A program made the translations under genes and the position numbers. Source: the human T2T-CHM13v2.0 reference genome, Homo sapiens. Taken from it: a stretch of 64,000 nt of DNA. The stretch lies in NCBI RefSeq assembly GCF_009914755.1, contig NC_060926.1. One strand, given 5' to 3'. The notes beneath the pieces were generated by a model that was given only the letters and a program-made list of their open reading frames with translations, was not told the origin of the DNA and searched no databases. Position 1 is the first letter of the stretch; each line of letters begins with the position of its first letter. Positions 1-13,690 of the stretch are shown here, one piece after another.

Positions 1-329
1 ACTCAGATACAATCTTGTTACTTACAACAAATAGCTCTGAAAGACCCACTGCTTAATCTGTAGGCAGTGGTTGCTAAGCAGCTGAAAAGCTGTGCACTGA
101 GGGTTAGGCCCCTTGCCCCCATCTTCTCCAAGTGCTTCCTTGCAGCCCTCATGACTTTCCTGCCGTCTCCTAAACCCACATCTCAGTACTCATGGTCGTT
201 TCAAAACCCAGATGGAAACCTCCACTCCCCTTGCTAGAATGAGGATTTCCACTCCCCTTTCTAAAGTACAGGGCAGATCTGTCTCGCTATATGTCCTTCA
301 GGTTAATATATGTCATCTAATTATATTAC

Positions 330-848
330 CAATTTATTTTTTTACTGAAATTGTGTAATCTAAAGAATACAGTGTGATTTTTGATATACCTTGACTCAGT
401 GAACTGGTTATGACAGTCAAGCTAATAACATATCTATCTCTTCACATAGTTACCTCTTTTTGTGTGTGTGGGGAGAACACTTAAGATCCACTCTCCTAGA
501 AAAGTTCAAGTCCATGTTACAGTATTATTACCTATAGTCTCCATGCTGTACATTAGATCTCAAGAACTTATTCATATTGCACAAATACAGATTTATACCC
601 ATTGAGCAATGTCTCCCGATTTGCCCCACCTCCTTAGCCCTGGTAGCCACCATGCTACTCTCTGATTCTATGAATTTCACTTGTTTTTAAACACCACATA
701 TAAGCGAAATAGTGCAGAATTTTTCTTTCTGTGTCTGGCTTATTTCACTTAGCACAATGTCCTCTGGGTTCACTTATGTTGTTGAAAATGGCAAGATCTC
801 CTTCTTTTTAAAGACTGAATGATGTTACATTGTATGTATATTAACAAT
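330..848 (-). mobile_element. Old L1 (L1MA/L1MB-type) 3' end fragment
   Basis: Antisense L1M 3'UTR phrases such as 'tgctgtacattagatctcaagaacttattcat' and 'tgtgtctggcttatttcacttagcacaatgtcctc'. Confidence 0.85.
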
Positions 849-933
849 TTCTTGTTTCTATTTTTCTAAATTTTCATTGGAGCTAGACTACATGATTCTT
901 TCAGGTTTCTCCAAATTAGGGCTATATTAGAAT

Positions 934-1913
<980 letters not shown>

Positions 1914-2176
1914 GGATCATGAAAATAGAACAAAACAGCATTTCTCTGCCCCACTAGAATTGCTGCAAATATACTCCTCTTCAAATCTTACAGGTAGTTC
2001 AAGAAGTCCTCAAAGGGTGTTGTCTATGTGTTTGGAAAAGTGTTCTCTGTGGCCTTTTATCTTCTGTCATTTTCTCCTTTCTTGCTTCGGATGTTGGGCT
2101 TGGAGATTGCTTACTTGCAGAAGGATTCCACAAGGACCCTTCTGTCCTTTGCTGGGTGGGTGGCCTCTGCTATGAT

Positions 2177-2898
2177 TGAAACTGCCTTTGTGAAAATTAT
2201 AACTGAGAAAATTACGACAGTGAAAAAGATCTGATCTAACCAACTCCATCTTGCCTCTAACCTCCAAGCTCTCCTTGTTCATTCCTGAGCATAGGCTGAA
2301 CTAACTTTTGGAGGAACTTCGTTTACAGTTTGAAACAAAGACGATAACAGCCATTTCCCAAAAAGAACTCCTTCCTGCCTGGGGACTACACTGCCTTTGT
2401 AGGACTAGCCAATTAGCCACAAGTTTTTAAATTATGGTTTAGTCATCATTCTGCTGGAAGCTGCAAGATTATCACCTTCCCCCTATTGCTTCTGGGGATA
2501 ACATCACTATTGTAAAACCTAAGCTCAGTGCTTGAGATAATTTGCAAACCCTGTACTTGATGGATCAGCTGGCACCACCCAGATTGATAAACTGGCTCAT
2601 CTGATCTTGTGGCCCCCACCCAGGAACTGACTCAGCATAAGAGGACAGCTTCCGCTCCCCAAGATTCCATCTCCAACCTAACTAATCAGCATTCCCTATA
2701 CACTGGCCCCCTACCCATCAAATTTTCCTTAAAAACCCCAATCCTTGAGTCTTTGGAGAGGCTGATTTGAGTAATAGTAAGACTTCAGTCTCCCATACAG
2801 TGGACTCTGTGTGAATTAACTCTCTATTGAAATTTCCTTGTCTTGATAAATCAGCTCTGTCTAGGCAGCAGGTGAGGAGAACCCACTGGGTGGTTCCA
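2177..2898 (+). mobile_element. ERV1 solo LTR, LTR8/LTR8A
   Basis: Starts TGAAACTGCCTTTGTGAAAATTATAACTGAG and ends 'gaacccactgggtggttcca'. TSD tgat/tgag. Confidence 0.85.
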
Positions 2899-3534
2899 TG
2901 AGACCTGCTGGGACTATGGAAACTTTTCCTAACCCCAGTATATGTATAACAAGTTTACACACGGGATGCTTTCTGTTCCCTGTTTCTTCACAGATATGAA
3001 CCTATTGAAACTGTATACTTTGGTCTCATAATTGTGGGACATTCGAGTTGTTATTAGCTCTGGAATGGTGTCACATTTCCTGAAGTACAATTTCATAACC
3101 ACACAGTAATATGAAAGCAACTCCATTTGTTATTTTTATCTACTGAAGAACATTAATCCCCAGCAGCATTTCTCATATCCACTTTCCTTTCCTCAGTTCT
3201 CTTGCATCTCACACTGCCTGGAGCTTTTCATTAGCTGTTTACTTCGATCCACCTGCCTTTATTGCTCTCATTCCTCCCCTTTCTTTGCTGTGGAGATTGA
3301 CATAACATTCTTTGCTAAGACTTGGTCTTTCCTTTCATTCCTCCTCTAGGTCTTACCGGACTCTGTCTGGTCTCAAATTCTAAGAGATAAGATAATCTCC
3401 CTCTGAGGGTAAAGGGTGGAGCAAAGGAATGGTTTTGGCAATGATAGAATACTCTCGGGTGGGCTGGAGGGAGAAGAATATTTGTGGCCATGTTTACATG
3501 AATACATTTCACTCTGTTAGCACAGAGATTGCTT

Positions 3535-3725
3535 TGGTGGTAAAGCGACTTGCAATAGAGGTTATGCGCAGGAGCCCTGGAGTAAAAAGTTCACCTTCAA
3601 GCCCTATCTCCACCATATATATACATCAAGACTCTGAGCAAGCTCCTTAACATCTTCAAGTTTCAGTTTCCTCATCTGTAAGATGGGCTTTGGTGAGGTT
3701 GAAGGAGATAATTCATGTAAAGTGT
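3535..3725 (+). mobile_element. MIR, interrupted by LTR9 and L1 (3' remnant at ~5095-5115)
   Basis: MIR core 'tcagtttcctcatctgtaagatggg'. The tail 'tcaataaacgtgagctgtta' resumes after the L1. Confidence 0.75.
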
Positions 3726-4365
3726 TGATATAGGAGTTAAAAAGAAGTTATTTAGGCAGATAGCGAGGGTAAGAAAGTCCTCGGTAAGGTTTCTCTTTTA
3801 ATAAAAAGCATCCCCAAAATCATTTCTTTTCCAATAAAGAGCAGCCTGTAAAATTGAGCTGCAGACATAGAAAGGCAAGCTAGAAGCTTGCACAGGAGAA
3901 TGCTAACAGCTGTGTGAATAGGAAAGGGACTACCTGGGGACTAGGCATGTTTAAAATGGCAGCTCTGTCTTCCCTTTTCTTTGCCAACCACGTGTACAGT
4001 AAGGAGCAAGCAACATGGCGCAGGCCAAATAGATACCCCATTTGCATAATAAAAGAGTAGGGTGGGGCAGCCAGCTTCCTCCTGTGCTATGTAAATGTCA
4101 CACCTGGTCCAACCAATCTTTGGGCCCTACGTAAATCAGGCACTGCCTTCTCAAACCAGTCTACAAACCCCCCTGCACTTCACCACGGGACCAGAAGTCC
4201 CACTCAGGTGTCCCTCTCTCTCAGGAGAGAGAGCTATCCTTCTTTCTCTTTCTTTTGCCTATTAAACCTCCGCTCCTAAACCCACTTGTGTCTCTGCATA
4301 CTTGATTTCCTTGGCATGAGATGATAAACCCTGGGTATTTACCCCAGACAAATGACACCACTTCA
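3726..4365 (+). mobile_element. ERV1 solo LTR, LTR9 family
   Basis: Starts TGATATAGGAGTTAAAAAGAAGTTATTTAGGCAGATAG and ends 'ccccagacaaatgacaccacttca'. TSD gtgt/gtat. Confidence 0.85.
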
Positions 4366-4375
4366 GTATTCAATA

Positions 4376-5090
4376 TGGTGTAAAGATACATGCATGAGTA
4401 TGTTCATTGCAGCACTATTCACAATAGCAAAGACATGGAATCAGCCCAAATGCCCATCAATGATAGACTGGATAAAGAAAATGTGGTACATATATACCAT
4501 AGAACACTATGCAGCCATAAATAGGAATGAGATCATATCCTTTGCAGGGACATGGATGGAGCTGGAAGCCATTATCCTCAGCAAACTAACATAGAAACAG
4601 AAAACGAAGAGGGCTCCAGCCTTTTCCCTCAGAGGGAAAGGTTATCTTATCTCTCGGAATCTGAGACTGGACAGAGTCTGGCAAGACCTAGAGGAGGAGT
4701 GAAAGGAAAGACCAAGTCTTAGCAAGGAATGTTATGTTGATCTCCACAGCAAACCAAGGGGAGAAATGAGAGCAATAAAGGCAGATGGATTGAGTCATAG
4801 AAGTGAACAGTGAATGGAAACTTGTACACCACCTGTTTTCACTTATAAGGGGGAGCTGAACAATGAGAACACTGGACACAGGAAGGGGAACAAGACACAC
4901 TGGGGCCTGTCAGTGGGGCGGCGGGAGGGAGAGAATCAGGATAAATAGCTAATGCTTGTGGGGCTTAATTCCTAGGTGGTAGGTTGATAGGTGCAGCAAA
5001 CCACCACAGCACACGTTTATCTATATAACAAATCGACATGTCCTGCTCATGTATCCCAGAACTTAAAATAAAATAAAATATTTTTAAAAA
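4376..5090 (+). mobile_element. 5'-truncated older L1PA (ORF2 end + 3'UTR) with a non-L1 insert at 4609-4825
   Basis: ORF track gives the ORF2 C-terminus (MFIAALFTIAKTWNQPKCPSMIDWIKKMW). L1PA 3'UTR and A tail follow. TSD gtattcaata at 4366-4375 and 5091-5100. Confidence 0.93.
4613..4823 (-). repeat. Inverted copy of 3221-3422
   Basis: The reverse complement aligns at ~89% (hand count) and shares 'ttgctaagacttggtctttcctttca'. Confidence 0.95.
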
Positions 5091-6537
5091 GTATTCAATA
5101 AACGTGAGCTGTTACATTTTTGGTTAACCATCTTCTTTTTCTAGATTCTGACAATTCTGGTCCAGCTGTGGTGAGGAGAAGGCATTAAGTGAGACCAGAG
5201 GACAATCTGAGCAGCACAGGCCCTGCTGCACTTTCACTCTCTGCTTTCCTTTGGCCACAGCTGGGCTTCTGTGTGTCCTGTACTTCCTCTTCCCCAGGAT
5301 GAGCTGTCTCCAAGATCCTTGGACAAAGACCATGCCTGGGAGCAGGGGCTGCAGATCCCCTGACGGGACTGGGCCTCCGCTGTTCTGAGGCCTCCTGCTA
5401 CAAGTGGGAAGACAATGGACAGGGAGTTCTGAGTTTGAGATTTTTGTTTTGGGTCTACACTGATTAAGTTGGGCAAACCATTTTTTTGAGCCTTAGTTTT
5501 TCAACTTATAAAATAAGTATGTAGGAACTAAACATTTATTAAGCTCTTTTATCTTTAAGACAATTATAATCCTTGTTGTTATGGGAACCACTGGGCATGG
5601 ATTCCATTTCCTGGTTTCCCTGTGGACTGTTGTTGCAATGTCTTCTCTTTGAAATGGCTCCTGGAGGTGAGTAGACCCCGGGGGCCGGGCATTCGTCACT
5701 CTGCTCCGGCTCACTCCTCCCTCTGAAGTTCCCCTAATCCCCAGCACATCATCAGAAGAATTGCTCTATGCATACATTTATGATCTATGAATCATGAACC
5801 CAGCAGCAATAACTGAAGACAACCCAAGAAGTTTTTATTAAGTGAGGAATAAAAAGTAATTTGGTGCAAAGCACTTTTTCTCCTGCTCCAATATTTCTCA
5901 GCCTCTGTCAGTTCCACTGGGCAAATAACGCATGCTGGCTCCTGCCTGCAGCCCACTGGCCTTAGTGCCTTCGCTTTGTCATGGCCACTGAAAACCAGCC
6001 ACTGGCGGCTCCTCATTGTGCCTCAATTGTTACTGTGCCAGGAATAAATAATGTACAAGTAGAATGTTTTTTCTCCTCCAAATGGTCACAAATGGCCTGC
6101 CACAGTATAATAATGTATGTGAGCTTTCCCATAATGGACAAAAATAGGTGGCTTGAATTTTGCAATCAATACTTTGTTAGCTTGTGGCATTCTACTCTGT
6201 TAGAACTCTTTTTCCAGAGGACATTCTCTTCCTCTCAGAATAAATGCTTTACTTCTCCTTTCCTACCCAGAGCTCATCCATAGGTTCTCTGACAACTCTG
6301 GCCTTCTTAGACTACACCTAAATTCAATTACTCTGAATGTTATACAATTTTATACTGCAATCTATTCTTTCAGTCATACATTACTTTTTCCCTAAGCTTG
6401 ACTGTCAATTCTCTGAGTAGGAATTATGTCTTCTACCTCTTGGTACTGGGTAGATGGTTGACAGCCAATAACTTCCCAGCTTACAGATAAAGTTTTGCAT
6501 TCATAGTTATGGGTAAGGGGATAGGAGACGAAGATGG

Positions 6538-6972
6538 TGTGTTGGTTAGTTTTTGCTATGTAACCAACAAACTCAGAATCTCAGTAGCTTATGCCAGTAG
6601 GCATTTACTTCCCTCTCATAGGTCTAGAAGTAGGCTAAGGTTTGGCTGATCTCTGTTGGGTTTGGCTGGGCCAGGCTGGGTTCCAGATCACTGGCTGGGT
6701 TGAGGTCTTCTCTACATGTCTTCATTCTGGGGCTCAGTCTGAAGGGGACAAAACTGGTCATCCACTAATATTCCTTGGGTGGGAGGGGGGGAGGTGGAAA
6801 TCATTGTACTTATACATTATCCTTCATCCATAAATATTCCATGGTTTAAAGCAAGTCATGTGGTTCAGATGAGATGAATGAGGCAGGGAAATTACTCCAC
6901 TCACTGCGGGAAGCACTGCAAAATTCCCTATCAACAGGAAGTAAAGAGCTGGGGACAAAAATCAAACCACCA
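6538..6972 (-). mobile_element. Old MLT1 (ERVL-MaLR) LTR
   Basis: 'gctatgtaaccaacaaactcagaatctcagtagctta' and 'ggctgatctctgttggg' are typical of antisense MLT1. Confidence 0.75.
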
Positions 6973-7064
6973 CGGATGGCTAAGCCATTATCCTTTCAAG
7001 TGGACAAGACCCTGGAAGATTACCCACTCTAGGGCCCTGCCTCCTGGTGTACAGAACCTAAAAC

Positions 7065-7225
7065 CTGCTGCTGCAAGGATGGTGCAAGGGCCAGCAGCAC
7101 TGACATCACTGGGAAGCTTGTTAGAATGCAGAATCTCAGGCTCCATCTGAGACTTGCTGAATCAGAATAGTCTTTTTAATAAAATCTTCAAGTGATTTAT
7201 ATGCACATTGAAATTTGAAATTGTC
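7065..7225. mobile_element. MER5A (hAT-Charlie MITE)
   Basis: 'gcttgttagaatgcagaatctcaggctccatc...tgaatcagaa...tatgcacattgaaatttga'. Confidence 0.85.
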
Positions 7226-7374
7226 TAAAATAGCATTTAAAAAATTTGTTCCATGAGACTAATGGGTACTTTATGGGGAAAAATGCTTCTAAGGTTAAGT
7301 AAATTAGGGGTACTTAAGAACTTCTCAAAGCTTTCAACATGCTAATATACACTGCAGATCTCTGGACAGGAGGC

Positions 7375-8090
<716 letters not shown>

Positions 8091-8769
8091 GAGGTGGGTG
8101 GTTGGATATGGAATGCAGCATTCCTCTAACATAATTGTTCAGGGAGCCCTTTCTTCACAGAAAAGCTCATGGCACAGACTTGGAGAAATGAGAAAAAAAC
8201 TATCGTAGATATAGGGTTGTTGATTTTCTTCTGAGAGTTCTTTAAGAGTGAAACGCTACAGGCTTAGTTTGTAGCTAATTCTAAAGTGATCCCAGGTCTC
8301 ACCTGTGTTTATTTATCAGGTGGAAAACTTGTAGTCTAAGGCTAAATATGGCACTCAGATATATTTTATTTGACTATCTCTTAAGATTGTATTGAAAAGT
8401 AGCTTTATTCTCAGATGAGGTTTTGATATGATTATGTATTTAGGATGACTGATATTTAAAAGAAGCTAAAAAGTTACTAGTTCCTTTTTTTCATGAAAAT
8501 CTTAATACTGGGAATTTACAATTAACTCACTTGTTAGTCTCTGATGGTATCTACTGTGAATCAAATTGACGGGATTAGAGAAGGGCAAGTTTGAACATTT
8601 AGTTTCTATTTTTTTAAACAAAATAGATAATAGGTTTCCAAATCAGAGGGCCAATTTTTCTGGAGCACTAAGATACAGTGCTGAGGCTTCCTGAACCATT
8701 TTTCTTGAATTATATGCTGTCTTGGAAATATAAGTTTTATTCCACTTAGCCGTCACTAACCATATGTAC

Positions 8770-9105
8770 ATTTTTTATTTGTAATAAAAAATTAATTGGT
8801 ATGATCAGAAATTCACATGTAGTTGTGAGCAATAATACCGAGGGATCTCATGTATCCTTTAATCAGTTTCCCCTAAATGTAACAGTTCACAAAAAACTAT
8901 ATTACAATATCACAACCAAGACATTGACCTTGATACAACCTACAATCTTATTCAGGTTTTCAATGTTACTTGTACTCATTTGTGTATGCATGTATTTAGC
9001 CCTACAGAATTTTATCACATGGATGGATTTGTATATCTACCACCACAGTCAAAGTACAGAACAGCTCTATCACCAAAAGGAATCCTCATAATGCCCTTTT
9101 TGTAT
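8770..9105 (-). mobile_element. Ancient L1M 3' fragment
   Basis: 'tacaatatcacaaccaagacattgaccttgatacaa' and 'caccacagtcaaagtacagaacag'. Confidence 0.75.
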
Positions 9106-9199
9106 GTGCTTTTGAATTTAAATTTACCCAGCAAAATTTCCTGAGTCATCTATGCTCATGGAACCCTGGAAATTATTCCACTTGGAATGTACAACCTCC

Positions 9200-9340
9200 C
9201 TCATGAATTGGCCAGCTGGGAGTGCCAGTCAGCAGTTGTGCAACATTACAAAGTCAAACTGGACAGCACTGGAGGCAAACACAACCCATGCCCTTGGCCT
9301 CCTTAGCTTCAGGCACTAACTAACTGAGCTAACTGGCCAG
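9200..9340 (-). mobile_element. tRNA-Ile-derived SINE relic (MamSINE1-like)
   Basis: The reverse complement of 9283-9338 reads GGCCAGTTAGCTCAGTTAGTTAGTGCCTGAAGCTAAGGAGGCCAAGGGCATGGGTT, matching the tRNA-Ile(AAT) 5' half. The anticodon and T arm are degraded. Confidence 0.65.
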
Positions 9341-9769
9341 AGATAAGGACTTCATTTCAAATAACAAATTAACAGTTTCCCATAACTCCATTAATGCATG
9401 GTTGTGATCCCACGAAATTGCATCTCTGACAAACTGGCTGCACTAAAATTTACTCTATGTAAAATGATTGTGCTAATTACTTTCTCTTTATGCTTTTATA
9501 ATCGGCTGCCTGGCAATAACATTTGCAATGTAGTCATGCACTAATGAGAAAAGCCATCCAATCTGATACTGCAGGTCATTAGTAAATGGCTTTAGGGGTC
9601 AAAGGGTAATTTCCCCCTTTGGTGCAGTTGGAGATACTGATGGAGCAAATGTCTTTTCTTTTCTTTCTTTTCTTTTTTTTGAAGCCCCAGGTGCTAACCA
9701 AATCTGGAGATTGATAGAAAGATTAATAGGTTTCTTCTAGCTGTTCTCCACATCCCATTCCATTCTTCC

Positions 9770-9845
9770 TCTTTCTCCCTCTTCTCTCCCCTCCTTCTCT
9801 CTCTTTCCCTCTCTCTCTGTGTCACACACACACACACACACACAC
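9770..9845. repeat. CT-rich tract followed by (CA)n microsatellite
   Basis: Direct inspection. Confidence 0.95.
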
Positions 9846-9869
9846 GAGCCCAGTGCTTACTTGCTATTT

Positions 9870-10620
9870 TAGGGACTGTTTATTTTGCACTCATGCTTCT
9901 CAATAGGAATGGTATTTTCTATATAGTATTTCAATTTTGTTGGGGCATGTTTTTGGACTTCACAATAAAAATGAACCAGGGCCAAGAATATTAGACATCC
10001 AGCTATATAGAGAGCTGTGTTGCACACCAATGAATTGATCCCCATTCTGTGCATCTTTCAAAGGCTCCACCAATAGTATATATAGATTAAAAATATGGTT
10101 ACAATAAACTCAACTTGGAACCTAACTTCATTACACTAACCAATATGAAGTATTTTTGCATGGTTTTATTCGACACTGACTTTTCCAGTAATGTAAGTGC
10201 TGTGTGTATTGAAAAAATGATTGTATTATATTTTGTTCTGGAATGTGAGTTGTCCAATGTTTTGGGCAACTCGCATCACCATAGCAATGGCCCTTGAGGA
10301 TTGAAATTGCTAACATAGCACGTTTATGTCTTCAGCACTTGGAACTGTCACCAGCACGGTGACTCTGGGTAGAGGTGCTGATGGCTTCATTATATCCTCT
10401 ACTGTAGTTGTGCTTGAGCAATGGCATTTTGAAACACATATGATCTTACTCAAAGTTACTTTTTCAATTAATTTTTTCCTAAAGGTGTAAGAAAGGTATG
10501 TAGGTAGGTTATGTTATCATTAAATTTTGCCTTGAGATAATAAAAGAAGTTTTATAAAGGATTTAATATTAAAGACGGTGCTGGGCTTTCTAGAGGCAAG
10601 AACTACTGCTTTAGAAGACC
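9870..10620. mobile_element. Degraded hAT-Charlie-type DNA transposon relic
   Basis: MER20-like segment 'atattagacatccagc...gttgcacaccaatgaattgatccc'. Boundaries are uncertain. Confidence 0.45.
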
Positions 10621-10659
10621 TACATAAATGTTAAAAAATAATAATAATGACAGACTTTG

Positions 10660-11440
10660 TCACCTGGGCTCCTCTAAGAGCTGCCAGACTTGCCTTCAAC
10701 TTTAGTCTCATCTCTTTCCCAGCCCCTTACTCAGTTTCTGAGTGCTCTTTCTGAGATGCACATCTGATCCGAGCAGCACCTCCTTGCATCGTGGCCCTTC
10801 ATCACCTTCAGGTATTCTTCATCTGCGGCCTTCACCTGGGTAGAATTGTATGGCAACACAACTGGGTTTCTTTGTAATTGTATGTTATATATGTATAAAA
10901 ACATTTTTCTGAAAAGAGGTCCATAGGCTTCATCAGACTTCCAAAGGGGTCCATGGCAGGAAAAAGGGTAAGAATGTAGATCAAGTTCAGTCTTTTGTAA
11001 GGTGTAAACACCTTTAGTAAACTGGCCCTGCCCACCTGCTCAGCTTCGTCTATCACCCTTTTTCCTCCACCATTCACTTATTCCCCCTACCATACACACT
11101 GGAATAATATTCAGAGGTCCTGAGGAGACCGTGTTGTTAGCCTTGTACACCTGTTGTTGTAGCCTTTGGAATGCTCTCCTGATCGCCCTCGCCTGCCCCA
11201 GGTATCAGCCTGGGTGACAGCCTTCGGAGGAGACTCTCTCCACTCACTCTGCACTGGTGCAGATTTCAATCTGAGCTGTAACCATGGTGTTTTATGATCA
11301 TCAATCTGGAGCTGTTTTCCCAATAGAACGTAAGCTCTTTGAGGTTAGAGTTCTTGTCTTCTGACCCCTGAATCCTCTGAGCCTAGCAAAATGCTTGGCA
11401 TGTAGTAAATGCATAATAAATGGTGTCAAATGCTGGTATA
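10660..11440 (-). mobile_element. L2 fragments with an embedded hAT MITE piece (~10850-10975)
   Basis: L2 3' end 'tagaacgtaagctctttgagg...gcctagcaaaatgcttggcatgtagtaaatgcataataaatg'. Confidence 0.65.
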
Positions 11441-12238
11441 AATGCATTCATTTAGGGTAAGGTGTTAGTGATGGCGTGCCACAGCTCCTTAGATATAAGG
11501 TGTGGCCAAAAACTACCAATAAAGGAAGGGAGTCTGAGACTAAAGCCTTCAGAATACAGGAAAGCAGCAGAAATGCCTTTGCTGCCTGGTAATGACAGGG
11601 TCATTCTGAAACCTAAACCTTAGGCTAGGGCATTTCTCTTTTCTAATATTCTGATATTTTATTCCTTCCCCTCCATCTTTTCCTCTTTGATTGACACTGT
11701 TATGTGTTACACTAGGGAAAGGTATAAGAGGAAGTGGGGAAGAAGTAGAGAATATGCAGAGTCACGACAAAGGTCATGTGGGACCTGTCTGTGTGATACC
11801 CAAATATTTAATTTTTCTAAATCTATGGGATCCACGGGGAAGGGCGGATTGTTGTTGGTAATCAGGAAAGGAGTTGGGGTTCACAGCTAGATTGATATGG
11901 GTGAAAACTAATGCAGTGTGTGGCAATACAAAATCTCAGAGGCTGAGGGAAACGGCGAGAGGAAATTCTAGGCATTTGCTAAAGCTAAAAAGAAGGCCTG
12001 GGCTTCCATTAAGTCTTGGAATTGAGGTTTGGGTCAATTGCAACCAGGTCTGAAAGGGGTATGGGACCCTGCCTGACATTGGGTTATACAATTAAAAAAA
12101 CACATTTATAATAATATTTTTCAAATACACTGTCAGAGGTGAAAGACTGACGTGCCATTGGCACTTTTCCTTATACTTTCCTCAAAGTTTTTCACTGATC
12201 GTCTTTAGAGGAGAAACTCATCAAGACTATTCCCTCAT

Positions 12239-12668
12239 TGTATTAGTCAGGGTAAGATGAAACTGTTCTCATAAAGAGATTCAATAATAATTCAGTGGCT
12301 TAAAAAACCATAGAAGTTGTCTACTGTATCTTGGAACAGTCCTGGGTGAATGTGCCAGGATGCTGGGCAGCTCTGTTCCAGAGATCATTCTGAGGAGTCC
12401 AGAAGCTTCTTTTCATCTGGTTTCTGTGACATCCCCTAGTTCAATGCTCCTCAAAATTTAGCTGCAGATCTATCATTTGTGGAACCTGTTAAATGCAGTT
12501 TCTGATTCTGGATGTTAGTTATTTGGCTGTTAGTTACGTGCTCCGTGGTGCAAGGGACACCTAGAAATGAAGAGCCTGTGTAGAAAGCCATGGTCCCAAG
12601 CTACAGACTGTGACTATGGGGGAGAGAAGGGGGGACATTGGTGGCAAACCCGCACATTCTGTTGCTCA
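12239..12668 (-). mobile_element. Old MLT1 LTR
   Basis: Begins 'tgtattagtcagggtaag...ttcagtggcttaaaaaacc'. Confidence 0.7.
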
Positions 12669-12925
12669 CTGTTTGCTGCATCCTTCTCTAGTAGCCAGTT
12701 CTGCAGAGACATTACATAGGACAACTAGCTGCCATTCTTTCACCTATGGTGTTATAATGTGTTGGTTGCTAATAATAGGTAGAATATGAGAAGATCCAAG
12801 TTTAAGAACACATTTAAATTTGTGTACGCAAACTCAAGTTTTTCCTTACAGTAATCTCCCTTGTACATGCTGATATGCCTCCTCGGGTAGAAGGAAAATG
12901 GGTGGAGTTAAAACTAGTGTGCCAA

Positions 12926-13406
12926 TGTGGTGGGTAATTTCGTGTCAACTTGACTGGGCTAAGGGAAGCCCAGATAGCTGGAAAAACATTATTTCTGGGT
13001 GTTTCTGAGAGGGTGTTTTCTGGAAGAGATTAGTTAGCATTTTAATCAGTAGAGTGAGTGAAATGATCTAAGGCCCTTAGCAGTGTGGCATTATCCTTTG
13101 AGGGCCTGAATAAAGCACAAAGGTAGAGGCAGGGTGAATTCTCTTTCTTCTTGAGCTGGAACATCCATCTTCTCCTGTCCTTGGAGGTCCTGGTTCTTTG
13201 GCTTTCAGCTCCCACCTGGTTCTTAGATCTTTGGCCTTCAATTGAACTATATCCCAGCTTTCCTGGGTTTCCAGCTTGCAGAAGGCATATTATGGGACTT
13301 CTTAGCCTCCATAATTGTGTGTGCCAACTTCCACACTAAACCTCCTCGTATATATCTATTTATAATCTATTGCTTCTGTTTAACCCATAGAACCCTGACT
13401 AATATA
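12926..13406 (+). mobile_element. MLT2 (ERVL) solo LTR
   Basis: 'tgtggtgggtaatttcgtgtcaacttgactgggctaaggg' through 'agaaccctgactaatata'. 5-bp TSD gccaa/gccag. Confidence 0.9.
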
Positions 13407-13429
13407 GCCAGCAAAACCACCTACGAGCC

Positions 13430-13690
13430 TCACTCATTCCTGTGACAAATATTTAAAGAACAACTATTCAAAAATCACTGAACTTGGTGTTGGGGATGTA
13501 GCACAGAACAAGACAGTTGGAGAAGACTGCCTGAGTTCAAATTCCGTTCCCACTATTTGGCATTGAACAAATTAGTTGCCATCTCTGCTGCAGCTTTCTC
13601 ATCTGTAAGATGGCATGATAATGATATCTCATAGGTTATGATGAGGATTCACTGAGATAGTGTATCAGTCCCGCTTATTATGTCTGCCTT
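13430..13690 (+). mobile_element. L2 end plus MIR
   Basis: 'gcctgagttcaaattcc...tttctcatctgtaagatgg'. Confidence 0.65.

Noticed and set aside
9283-9338. tRNA-Ile gene
   Set aside because: The anticodon arm, B box and 3' acceptor stem are degenerate. It is a SINE or pseudogene relic.
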